From positions 1 to 45,904 of the forward strand of contig CAZLOV010000003.1 of assembly GCA_964561235.1 (NCBI GenBank): a DNA stretch of 45,904 nt. The letters run 5' to 3'. A program made the translations under genes and the position numbers. Of this stretch, positions 1-8,600 are shown one piece after another (positions within the stretch are counted from its first letter, which is position 1; every line of letters begins with the position of its first letter). Origin of the DNA: an uncultured Caulobacterales bacterium. GTDB lineage: Bacteria; Pseudomonadota; Alphaproteobacteria; Caulobacterales; Maricaulaceae. A model generated the notes under the pieces. The model was not told the DNA's origin. It ran no database searches and worked only from the letters and a program-made list of their open reading frames with translations.

Positions 1-2
1 TG

Positions 3-836
3 TCCAAGCCGGTCACCTGGTTCCCGCCGATGTGGGCGTTCGGCTGCGGCGTGGTTTCGTCCGGCGCGCTGGGGCTGAACACGCTCGGGCTTCTATTCGC
101 CGGCGTGCTTCTGGCGGGTCCCATGCTTTGCGCGGCCTCGCAGGCGGTCAGCGGCTGGTTCGACCGCCATGTCGACGCCATCAACGAGCCTGACCGGCCC
201 ATCCCTTCCGGGCGCATTCCCGGCCGCTGGGGACTTTGGCTGGCCATCGGCTGGTCGGCCGCAAGCCTGGTCCTCGCGGCTTTTCTCGGTCCCTGGGTTC
301 TTGTCGGCGCGGCGCTTGGCGTCGCGCTGTCCTGGGCCTACAGCGCCCCGCCCGTGCGGCTGAAGCGCAGCGGGATCTGGGGCCCGCTTTCGGTGGGCTT
401 CTCCTATGAGGGGCTCGCCTGGTTCACAGGCGCGGCCGTCATGGCGCAGGCGCTTCCAAGCGTCGAGGTCATCACGCTTGCAACGCTCTACAGCCTTGGC
501 GCCTACGGCATCATGGTGCTCAACGATTTCAAGGCGATCGAGGGCGACCGCCAAATGGGCGTGAACTCGCTGCCCGCCACGCTCGGGCCGGAGCGCGCAG
601 CCTGGATCGCCTGCGCGGTCATGGCGATCCCGCAGGCCGCCGTGATCGCGCTGCTGGCGAGCTGGGACCGGCCGATCCATGCCGGCCTGGTCGCTCTCTC
701 CCTACTGCTGCAGCTTGCATGCATGGCGCGCCTCATGCGCGATCCCAAAGCGCTGGCGCCCTGGTACAATGCGACCGGCGTCATGCTCTACGTGCTCGGC
801 ATGCTGGCCGCCGCCTTCGCGGTCTCAAGCCTGTGA
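3..836 (+). CDS. bchG: Bacteriochlorophyll synthase (UbiA-family prenyltransferase), 5' end outside window
   Basis: The frame is open from the window edge (SKPVTWFPPMWAFGCGVVSSG...). It has a UbiA-type motif context (HVDAINEPDRPIPSGRIP; VLNDFKAIEGDRQMGVNSLP) and is polytopic. It sits directly upstream of a pucC-like gene and bchP, as in photosynthesis gene clusters. Confidence 0.9.
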   Translation, partial: SKPVTWFPPMWAFGCGVVSSGALGLNTLGLLFAGVLLAGPMLCAASQAVSGWFDRHVDAINEPDRPIPSGRIPGRWGLWLAIGWSAASLVLAAFLGPWVLVGAALGVALSWAYSAPPVRLKRSGIWGPLSVGFSYEGLAWFTGAAVMAQALPSVEVITLATLYSLGAYGIMVLNDFKAIEGDRQMGVNSLPATLGPERAAWIACAVMAIPQAAVIALLASWDRPIHAGLVALSLLLQLACMARLMRDPKALAPWYNATGVMLYVLGMLAAAFAVSSL

Positions 837-2182
837 CGCGCGCGGGCGCGCCTCTGGCGGAAGCCGCCTCGATCGGCTGGATCGGGATCATCCGGCTCGG
901 GCTCGTACAGGCCTCGCTCGGCGGGATCGTTGCGCTGACGACCTCCACGCTCAACCGCGTCATGGTCGTCGAGCTGGCGCTGCCCGCCGTTCTTCCAGGC
1001 GCGCTCGTCGCGCTCCACTATGCGGTTCAGATCAGCCGTCCGCGCTGGGGCCATAGCTCGGATCAGGGCGGCGCGCGCACGCCCTGGATCATCGGCGGGA
1101 TGGCGGTTCTGGCCGCAGGCGGCGTGCTCGCCGCGCTGGCGACGGCATGGGCGGCGTCCGCGCCGGTCTTCGGCATGCTGCTTGCGGTCGTCGCATTCGT
1201 GCTGATCGGCGGCGGGGTCGGCGCAGCGGGGACATCGCTCCTTGCGCTCCTCGCCACCAGCGTCACGCCGGCCCAGCGCGGGCCGGCCGCCTCGATCACA
1301 TGGATCATGATGATCTTCGGTCTCGCCGTCACCGCCGGATCGGCCGGGGCGGTGCTGGATCCGTTCACCCTGACGCGCCTTGTCCTCGTAACGGCCGGGG
1401 TTTGCGCGATCGCGTTTTCGCTGAGCGTCGTCGCCGTCTGGGGCCTTGAGCGCCGCGGCCGCGCTGTCGCTTCGCCTGACGCGCAGCCCGCGGGCGAGGC
1501 CGGTTTCCGGACGGCGCTGAAGGAAATCTGGGCCGAGCCGAGGGCGCGGCGTTTCACCGTTTTCGTCTTCGTCTCCATGCTCGCCTACAGCGCGCAGGAT
1601 CTCATTCTGGAACCCTTCGGCGGGCTGGTTTTCGGTCTGACCCCGGGTCAGTCGACCCAGCTCGGCGGGCTGCAGCATGGCGGCGTGCTCATCGGCATGA
1701 TCGCCGTCGCCGTGCTCGCCAATCGCGTCGGCGGCGGCTTCGGCCGGCGCCAGACCTGGGTGATTGGCGGGTGTGCGGCGTCGAGCCTGGCGCTGGCGGG
1801 ACTTGCGGCTGCGAGCTTCGCAGGCCCGGGCTGGCCGCTGGCGCCGACGGTGTTTCTCCTGGGCGTCGCCAATGGCGGCTTCGCCGTCGCGGCCATCGGC
1901 GCGATGATGGGGCTCGCCGCGGCAGACGGACCAGGCCGCGAAGGCGTGCGCATCGGGCTCTGGGGCGCATCGCAAGCCATCGCTTTCGGACTGGGCGGAT
2001 TTCTTGGAGCCGCCGCGCTGGATGCGGCGCGCGCCGTCTTCGACAGCCCGCAACCGGCTTTCGCCATCGTCTTCACCGCAGAGGCGGTGCTGTTCCTGAT
2101 CGCCGCGCGGCTGGCGTTCCAGGTGGATGAGACCCAACCCGCGCGAGAGCGCGCGCCGCAGCTTGCAGGAGGCGCATCATGA
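833..2182 (+). CDS. PucC/LhaA-family (BCD) MFS protein of photosynthesis gene clusters
   Basis: The N-terminus (IIRLGLVQASLGGIVALTTSTLNRVMVVELALPA) is typical of LhaA/PucC proteins, and the protein has about 12 hydrophobic segments. The GTG at 833 overlaps the bchG stop (GTGA). The ATG at 719 offered by the ORF track lies inside bchG and is not used here. Confidence 0.8.
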   Translation: MTRAGAPLAEAASIGWIGIIRLGLVQASLGGIVALTTSTLNRVMVVELALPAVLPGALVALHYAVQISRPRWGHSSDQGGARTPWIIGGMAVLAAGGVLAALATAWAASAPVFGMLLAVVAFVLIGGGVGAAGTSLLALLATSVTPAQRGPAASITWIMMIFGLAVTAGSAGAVLDPFTLTRLVLVTAGVCAIAFSLSVVAVWGLERRGRAVASPDAQPAGEAGFRTALKEIWAEPRARRFTVFVFVSMLAYSAQDLILEPFGGLVFGLTPGQSTQLGGLQHGGVLIGMIAVAVLANRVGGGFGRRQTWVIGGCAASSLALAGLAAASFAGPGWPLAPTVFLLGVANGGFAVAAIGAMMGLAAADGPGREGVRIGLWGASQAIAFGLGGFLGAAALDAARAVFDSPQPAFAIVFTAEAVLFLIAARLAFQVDETQPARERAPQLAGGAS

Positions 2183-3375
2183 CGCAGAACACGCTCAGCT
2201 ACGACGCCGTCGTGGTCGGCGGCGGACCGGCCGGGGCGACCGCGGCCCGCGCGCTCGCCCAGGAAGGCGCATCCGTGCTGCTTATCGACAAGCCGGGCCG
2301 GATCAAGCCGTGCGGCGGCGCCGTGCCGCCCAAGCTGATCCGCGAGTTCGACATTCCCGACAGCCAGATTGTCGCGCGCACCCGCGGCGCCCGGATCATC
2401 GCGCCGTCTGGAACCGAGGTCGATATGCCGATCGGCGAGGGTTATGTCGGGATGGTCGACAGGGAGCATTTCGATGAGTTCCTGCGTCAGCGCGCCGCTC
2501 TCGCCGGCGTGGATCGCCGCGACGGGGCCTTTGAAAGCTTCGAGCGCGACCCGGACGGCCGCGCCGTCGTGATCTTCACCCCGGCCGGCTCGGATGACGG
2601 GGTGCGCGTGCGCGCGCGGGTCGTCATCGGTGCGGACGGCGCGCGCTCAAAGCTGGCCCAGCAGACCGTTCGCGGCGCCGACAAGGTCAAGAGCGTTTTC
2701 GCCTATCACGAGATCATCCGCGCGCCGCGCGCCGAAGACGGCGGTCGATACGACCCGGAACGCTGCGATGTGGTCTATGACGGGCGCATCTCTCCGGATT
2801 TCTACGGCTGGGTGTTTCCCCACGGCGATTGCGCCAGTGTCGGCACCGGCAGTCAGGTGAAGGGCTTTTCGCTTCGCGGCGCGGTGAAGTCGCTGCGCGA
2901 AAGCTCCGGTCTCGCCGGATGCGAGGTGATCCGCCGCGAGGGCGCGCCCTTGCCCTACAAGCCCGCGCCGCGCTGGGACAACGGCCGCGACGTGGTGCTC
3001 GCCGGCGATGCGGCCGGGGCGGTCGCGCCGTCCTCCGGCGAAGGCATCTTCTATGCGATGACCTCCGGCGAGATGGCCGCGCAAGGGGCGGCTGAATTCC
3101 TCAAGACCGGCGATGCGCGCGCGCTTTCCGCGGTGCGCAGGCGCTTCATGAAAGCCCACGGCAAGGTCTTCTGGATCCTCGGGATCATGCAGCACTTCTG
3201 GTACCGCAACGACAAGCGCCGTGAACGCTTCGTGAAGATCTGCGCGGATGAGGACGTCCAGCGCCTGACCTGGCAGGGCTATATGGAGAAGGAGCTGGTG
3301 CGGCGCGACCCGGGCGCGCACGCAAAGATCTTCTTCAAGGATCTCGCTCATCTGGTGGGCCTGTCGCCCCGGTGA
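2179..3375 (+). CDS. bchP: Geranylgeranyl-bacteriochlorophyll/geranylgeranyl diphosphate reductase
   Basis: FAD Rossmann motif YDAVVVGGGPAGATAA, then IKPCGGAVPP and FYGWVFPHGD, which are characteristic of BchP/ChlP. ATGA overlap with the upstream gene. Confidence 0.9.
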   Translation: MTQNTLSYDAVVVGGGPAGATAARALAQEGASVLLIDKPGRIKPCGGAVPPKLIREFDIPDSQIVARTRGARIIAPSGTEVDMPIGEGYVGMVDREHFDEFLRQRAALAGVDRRDGAFESFERDPDGRAVVIFTPAGSDDGVRVRARVVIGADGARSKLAQQTVRGADKVKSVFAYHEIIRAPRAEDGGRYDPERCDVVYDGRISPDFYGWVFPHGDCASVGTGSQVKGFSLRGAVKSLRESSGLAGCEVIRREGAPLPYKPAPRWDNGRDVVLAGDAAGAVAPSSGEGIFYAMTSGEMAAQGAAEFLKTGDARALSAVRRRFMKAHGKVFWILGIMQHFWYRNDKRRERFVKICADEDVQRLTWQGYMEKELVRRDPGAHAKIFFKDLAHLVGLSPR

Positions 3376-3653
3376 CCGCCCTGTTCGAAAGCGGCCGGAT
3401 CATTGATCTGATCCTTCTGGTCGTTCTTCTGGAAGCGGCGGCGCTGATGGCGTTCGCCCGCGTGCGCGGGCGCATGAGCCGGCTGGACGCTGCGGGCCTG
3501 CTTGCGCCGGGGGTCTGCCTGATGCTTGCGCTGCGCGCTGAAATGACCGGTGCGCCAAACGAAATGACGGCGGCCATGCTGGCCGCCGCCTTCGTCTTCC
3601 ACCTGTGGGATGTCGCGCGCCGGCGCAAGGCCCCGGCGCGCGAACCGAATTAG
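3372..3653 (+). CDS. Hypothetical small membrane protein (93 aa) translationally coupled to bchP
   Basis: The GTG start overlaps the bchP stop (GTGA at 3372-3375). It has 2-3 hydrophobic segments (IIDLILLVVLLEAAALMAF; LLAPGVCLMLAL; AAMLAAAFVFHLW) and a basic C-terminus. No family recognised. Confidence 0.45.
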   Translation: MTALFESGRIIDLILLVVLLEAAALMAFARVRGRMSRLDAAGLLAPGVCLMLALRAEMTGAPNEMTAAMLAAAFVFHLWDVARRRKAPAREPN

Positions 3654-3656
3654 CGA

Positions 3657-4319
3657 TTACTCGCCGGCGTTCTGCTCGCCGCCGTTTTCCGCCATGTAGG
3701 CGATCACGTTCGCCCGGTCCTGCGGATCCGGCAGCCCCGGGAACGCCATGTAGGTGCCCGGAATGTATTCCTGCGGGTTTTCGAGATATTCAAACATCAC
3801 CTGCTTGGTCCAGGTGATGCCGGAATTGGCGTTGGCGTCGGAATAGCGGAAGCCTTCCACGGTCCCGGCTTCACGGCCGAAAATGCCGTAAAGCGAAGGC
3901 CCGACCCGGTTCACGCCCTCTTCGAGCACGTGGCAGGAGCTGCAGCGCAGGAATACGCGCCGGCCCGCCGCGGCGTCGCCGGTCAGCGAGGCGAAGGTCA
4001 CGCCGCCTTCGGACGGCTGCTCTTCTTCGGCGGACGCCATCTCGGTCGCGTCCTCTATGGCGTCGCTGGCGGCAGCCTCGGCGTCTGCAGCGGTTTCCTC
4101 CGCAGCTTCCGCAGCATCCGCCATGGCCTCATTGGCGGCGGCGGCCGCCGTTTCGGTCGCCGCAGCAGCCTCGTTCGCCGCAGTGGAAGCGGCTTCCGTG
4201 GCCTGGGTCGCCGCAGACGACGACTGGTTCGAGTCCGACGAAGATTCGCCGCCGCCGCCGCAGGCGGCGAGCATCGCGGAAGCCGCGACCATTCCGAGCA
4301 ACGTGGATGTACGTTTCAC
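3657..4319 (-). CDS. Lipoprotein-anchored class I (c2/mitochondrial-type) cytochrome c with long Ala/Glu/Thr-rich tether
   Basis: GTG start at 4319, preceded by GGAGGAGA. Signal peptide plus lipobox (LLGMVAASAMLAAC), then an ~84-aa low-complexity acidic linker. The C-terminal domain carries the heme motif CSSCH, GPSLYGIFGR, YLENPQEYIPGTYMAFPG (axial Met) and ANVIAYM. The longer 318-aa ORF in the track is an unsupported N-terminal extension. Confidence 0.85.
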   Translation of the reverse strand: MKRTSTLLGMVAASAMLAACGGGGESSSDSNQSSSAATQATEAASTAANEAAAATETAAAAANEAMADAAEAAEETAADAEAAASDAIEDATEMASAEEEQPSEGGVTFASLTGDAAAGRRVFLRCSSCHVLEEGVNRVGPSLYGIFGREAGTVEGFRYSDANANSGITWTKQVMFEYLENPQEYIPGTYMAFPGLPDPQDRANVIAYMAENGGEQNAGE

Positions 4320-4417
4320 GCTGTCTCCTCCCTTCCGGTGTTTGACGTGCCAGATACTAGCGTCACTTCGCCACGAGGCCAGCCTTCGACAAAAAAATCC
4401 ATACCTTCCGTGCATGT

Positions 4418-5005
4418 TCAATGGCCGGCTGAGGCGTTCGCACCGGCTGCGCTGTTGTCGCGGGCGGCAAGGGCGAGAGCGATCTGGGCGAAACCGAAGA
4501 AGACGGCGTCCACTCCGAAGATGAGCCCGAGCGCCCAGAGCGCCGCACCTGGAAGCGCCAGCCATAACAGGACGCCGAGCAGGAACGAGATCGCCCCCGA
4601 GGCCAGCATCCACGGCCAGGCTTTCAGCGGGCGCGCCTGAAAAGCCGAAGCGACACGAAGCGCGCCGCCCGCCAGCAGATAGGCGATCAGAACAAATGTC
4701 AGCGTGATCACGCCCGCGCCGGGAAAGGCGATCAGGGTGACGCCGGCGACCACGGCGAGCAGGCCGAACAGCGCAGCGCCGAGAATGCGGCCGGTGCGGC
4801 GCATTTGAAAGGCGCGCACGATTTCGACCCCGCCCAGCGCCAGCAGCAGCGCTCCGACGGCGAAGCCGACGCCGAACGAGGCTGCGAGCGGATAGACCAG
4901 CGCCAGCGTGCCGATCACGATCGCGGCGACGCCGGTAAACCAGAGCATGCCGCGGTGCGGCGCGAATGCGCGTGCGGCGGCGTCCGGGTTTGCGGTTGCG
5001 AGCAT
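4418..5005 (-). CDS. HdeD/DUF308-like integral membrane protein
   Basis: ATG at 5005 preceded by GGAAGGAAA. About six Gly/Ala/Leu-rich TM segments with the repeated pattern typical of DUF308 (GVAAIVIGTLALVYP..., LLGVLLWLALPGAALWALGLIFGVDAVFFG). Confidence 0.65.
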   Translation of the reverse strand: MLATANPDAAARAFAPHRGMLWFTGVAAIVIGTLALVYPLAASFGVGFAVGALLLALGGVEIVRAFQMRRTGRILGAALFGLLAVVAGVTLIAFPGAGVITLTFVLIAYLLAGGALRVASAFQARPLKAWPWMLASGAISFLLGVLLWLALPGAALWALGLIFGVDAVFFGFAQIALALAARDNSAAGANASAGH

Positions 5006-5237
5006 GCAGTTTCCTTCCGGTTGCGTGCAGAGCGCTTGCGGGCGCGCTGCCCGATCAACGCGGTCCGGCCCGGCAGGTTCCTTCGATGCCCCAATGCGCG
5101 CGGACCGGCTCCATGCTTGCCCTGTGAGTAGGCTAGACATACAATTATCTTCAGACGAGAAAAATTCTCTGCAGCGCGGCTGACGGTTGCGTGCGGAGAC
5201 CGGACGGCAGGCGGCTGAACGGACACGAGGCGCCACT

Positions 5238-5612
5238 GTGACGCGAGCGTTTTGCCGGTTTGTCCCGGCCATGTTGACGGCGGTCGCGGCGGCGGCCTGC
5301 ACAAGCCCTGCGCCGCGTTCCGACGCGGGCGCGCCGCGCTCACCTTATGTCGTTTTGCTTTTTGACGAACCGACGGCGGCGCTTTCTGCGCCGGGTTGCG
5401 ACCCGCGCGGCGTCGAAAGCGTCGATGCGTTGAGCGCGTGCGTGCTCCTGGACGCCTTGGGCGCGGGCGCTGCGGAACGATCCCGCGACAGCTTCGAGGT
5501 GACGCGGGGCTTCTCGATCCTTTTGACCGACGCGGAAGCCGCTGCGCTGCGCGAGCACCCCTGGGTGCGCGACGTCTCTGCGGACGCGGTCGCCAGCCCC
5601 ACGCCCGAATAG
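5238..5612 (+). CDS. Small lipoprotein resembling a free-standing subtilisin propeptide / peptidase inhibitor I9 domain
   Basis: Candidate signal plus lipobox (FVPAMLTAVAAAAC). The body begins PYVVLLFDEP and ends GFSILLTDAEAAALREHPWVRDVSADAVA, the pattern of I9 pro-domains. It lies 21 nt upstream of the S8 protease. The start is uncertain (GTG 5238, ATG 5271 or ATG 5187). Confidence 0.5.
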   Translation: MTRAFCRFVPAMLTAVAAAACTSPAPRSDAGAPRSPYVVLLFDEPTAALSAPGCDPRGVESVDALSACVLLDALGAGAAERSRDSFEVTRGFSILLTDAEAAALREHPWVRDVSADAVASPTPE

Positions 5613-5633
5613 AACCCAGCCGCGAAGCGCCCG

Positions 5634-8600
5634 ATGAAAATGCTTGCCCGAACACTGCTTGCATCCGCCGCCGTCCTCCTGACGCACGCCGTTGCGAAGG
5701 CCGAAACTGCGCCGGCGCCGCCGCTTTCCGGTCCGGTCTCGCCCGCGACGGCGCAGCGCATAGCCGCTGGTGAGCGGGTGCCTGTAATCGTCTCGCTTGA
5801 TCTTGCAGGATATGGCGCGCCTGGCGCGCTGATGAGCGATTCCGAGCTGGCCCGACGGACGGCGGCTCTGTCGGAAACCCGCGATCGCGTCTTTGCGGAG
5901 GTGTTCGGGGAGACGTTCATCCGCGAGGCGGACGGCCCGTCCTTTGCTTTTGAACCGGTTGCGGAGCCGCCGCGCGTCTACCGGGAATTCAGCCTGTTTC
6001 CCGGCTTTGCGGTGGAGGCGGACGCGGAGTTGCTTTCGCGGTTGCGCGCCCATCCGCTGGTGACGTCGATCCACGAAGACGCCGTCGCCCGCCCGCTCAC
6101 GGATGCAACGCCCGGCATTATCGGCGCGGACGCCGTATGGGCGGCGGGCTTCGAAGGCGCAAACGGCTCGGTGGCCGTTCTCGACACGGGCGTCGAGCTG
6201 GAGCACAGCGCAACGGAAGACGCGATCATCGCAAGCGCCTGCTTCAACACCGACATCGCCGACCGTTCCTCGTCGCTGTGTCCCGGCGGCGTTGAGGAGG
6301 TCATCGACCTCACCGGCGGCTCCGCCGGCGACAGCTGCGTTGAAGATGATATTGATCCGGTCAACGGCGTGGACGGCTGCTACCACGGCACTCACGTCGC
6401 CTCCACGGCGGCGGGGCGGCCGGTGACGCTTCGCAGCGGGACCACCGTGCAGGGTGTGGCGCGCGGCGCCGACATCGTCGCGGTGAACGTTTTCAGCCGT
6501 TTCGTCGAGGCGGAATGCGACGAGGAAGACGAGCCCGGCCCGTGCGTTAGAAGCTATTCCTCCGACCAGCTCGCCGCGCTTGAATGGCTGTTCGCCAATC
6601 GCGAGGCGCTCAACCTGCGCGCGGTGAACATGAGCCTCGGCGGCGGCGAGTTCACGTCGCCGTGCTTGAGCAATCCCCTGCGCTCGATCGTTACGGCGTT
6701 GCGCGGGGCGGGCGTCGCCACCGTCATTTCCTCGGGCAATGACGGCTTCGCCAACGCCATCAGCGGTCCGGCCTGCATTCCCGAAGCCATTTCGGTCGGC
6801 GCCACGACGGATGCGGACGCGGTCGCAAGCTTCTCGAACTCATCGCCCGATCTCGACCTGCTCGCCCCCGGCGTGCGCGTGCTCGCGGCCTGGCAGACGG
6901 AAACGCCGCCTGCCGGCGAGAATTGCGTCATCAATAATGCCGAGCCCAGCGGGAACGGGGAGTGCAACTGGTTTGCGGAAAGCTCCGGCACCTCCATGGC
7001 TGCGCCGCATGTGGCCGGGGCCTTCGTCCTGCTGCGCCAGGCGTTTCCCTCCACCAGCGTGGACGACGTGCTGGAGGCGTTGAAATTCACCGGCCTGCAG
7101 GTGCTCGACGTCAACGGCATCACCCGCAGCCGCATCCGCGTTGACGCGGCGTTCGACCTGCTGAGCCGCGGGGGCGCGTTCGCCGGAGGCGTGGAACTCA
7201 CCCCGCTGGAGGCTTACCGCGTCTCCGGCGAGGCGGGCGTCCCCGGCAGCTTCGCGTCGAAAACCTACACTCTTCAGAATACGGGCTTCTCCACGCGAAC
7301 CGTGACGATCATCGAAGCTCCCGCGTGGGTCGCTCCCGAGCGGTCGAGCTTCAGCATCACGCCGATGAGCACGGCGTCCCTCGTCCTCGGCGTGAACATC
7401 GACTCGCTGCCGCAATCCGCAGCGGCGGGCGAGGTTGTGATCCAGATCGGAACCGAGACGATTTCCGTGCCCGTTTCAGTCCAGGTCTCGAGGACGTTCA
7501 GTTCGGCGGAGCTCGGCCCGTTTGAATGGACCGGCGACCGGCGATCGACCACCTCCAGCGTGTTCCGCATCGTCGGACTGGATTCTGGTCCGCCCGAAGC
7601 GATCGATATCGCCCTCGCCAACGCAATCGCCGGCGATTACAGCGGCAACTTTTCCGACTGTAGCCTCACGATCAGGCCGGAGCGGTTTTCCAATTCAGAG
7701 TTCGTCATCAATTCGAGCGATTTTGAAGATTGCGGCGATTTCAATCGAGCAGATGTCACCTTCCGCGTGACCGCGGCGCTTGCCGACATCCAGAACGGCC
7801 TGAACGCGCGACGCTTCGGGGTGAACAATTCCGGCGGATTGACGGATTTCGGTTTCGACCGCGACGCGACCGTGACGCCGTCGGCCGCCGTGACACGCGC
7901 CTCTGCAAGCGCTGGTCTCGCCACATCGCTGCAGCGTGCCGCCGACCCGGGCTTTACAGCGCCGGTGCGGAGCGTTGACGCGCCGGCCGGCGCCGCGCCG
8001 TTACAGGCCGGGACCGCGCAGGCTGAGTACGGACCGTTTGAGTGGACGGGCGACAGCCAGTCGTTCACCGGCAGCGTTTTCCGACTGACGGGCCTGATCA
8101 ACGCGGCGCCGTCGGGTGTCGAGATCGCCATCGATAATGCAACGGCGCCGGGCTATGCGGGCGCTTTTACGGATTGCGCGCTGACCATCCGTTCAGAGCG
8201 ATACAGGAATGGCGAGTTCGTGATCTTTCCGTCCGATCTCGCCGATTGCGGCCCCTTCATCCGCGGCGATCTTCGCTTCAGGGTGACGGCCGATGCGGGC
8301 GATATCGCCCTGCTTCCGCAAATGCGCCGCTTCGCGATTACCAAAGCGGGCGGGCTTACCGATTTTGGTTTCGATCTCTTCCCTGAGCCGGCATCGGCGC
8401 TCACGCCGATCGCAGGGACGGACGAAGGGTTTGTCGAGTTCGGACCGTTCGAATGGGCCGGAAGCCCCAATGCAGCGACCACAGCGATCTTCCGCCTCGT
8501 CGGCATCGATGCGACCCCGGTCTCCATCGACGTGGCGCTCGATTCCGCGCTCACTCCGGGATATCTCGGCGAATTCTCGGACTGCAGCCTGATCGTCACG

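Noticed and set aside
788-2137. A long antisense ORF (449 aa) opposite the pucC-like gene. Similar long ORFs occur opposite or out of frame with recognised genes, e.g. 22178-23545(-), 23883-25238(-), 30009-31328(-), 39598-40959(-), 43757-45382(+), 44355-45392(-) and 18082-19140(-).
   Set aside because: Their translations are Arg/Pro/Gly/Ala-rich with no recognisable motifs, and each fully overlaps a gene with clear family signatures. Stop-codon-poor alternative frames are expected at this GC content.
4008-4259. The low-complexity region of the cytochrome c gene, considered as a DNA tandem repeat or minisatellite.
   Set aside because: No regular nucleotide period is visible. This is compositional bias (GCx/GAx codons) encoding an Ala/Glu/Thr linker, not a repeat array.
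4343-4365. An inverted repeat TGACG-N13-CGTCA located 24-46 nt upstream of the cytochrome c start, considered as an FNR/FixK box.
   Set aside because: The FNR/FixK consensus is TTGAT-N4-ATCAA, and neither the half-site sequence nor the spacing fits. It may still be a binding site for something else, but I cannot support any assignment.
5123-5139. A PpsR/CrtJ-like palindrome in the divergent region between the DUF308 gene and the protease module (TGTGAGTAGGCTAGACA).
   Set aside because: The spacing is TGT-N11-ACA, not the TGT-N12-ACA of the established PpsR/CrtJ site, and only one copy is present. It is also not adjacent to a bch, crt or puc promoter.
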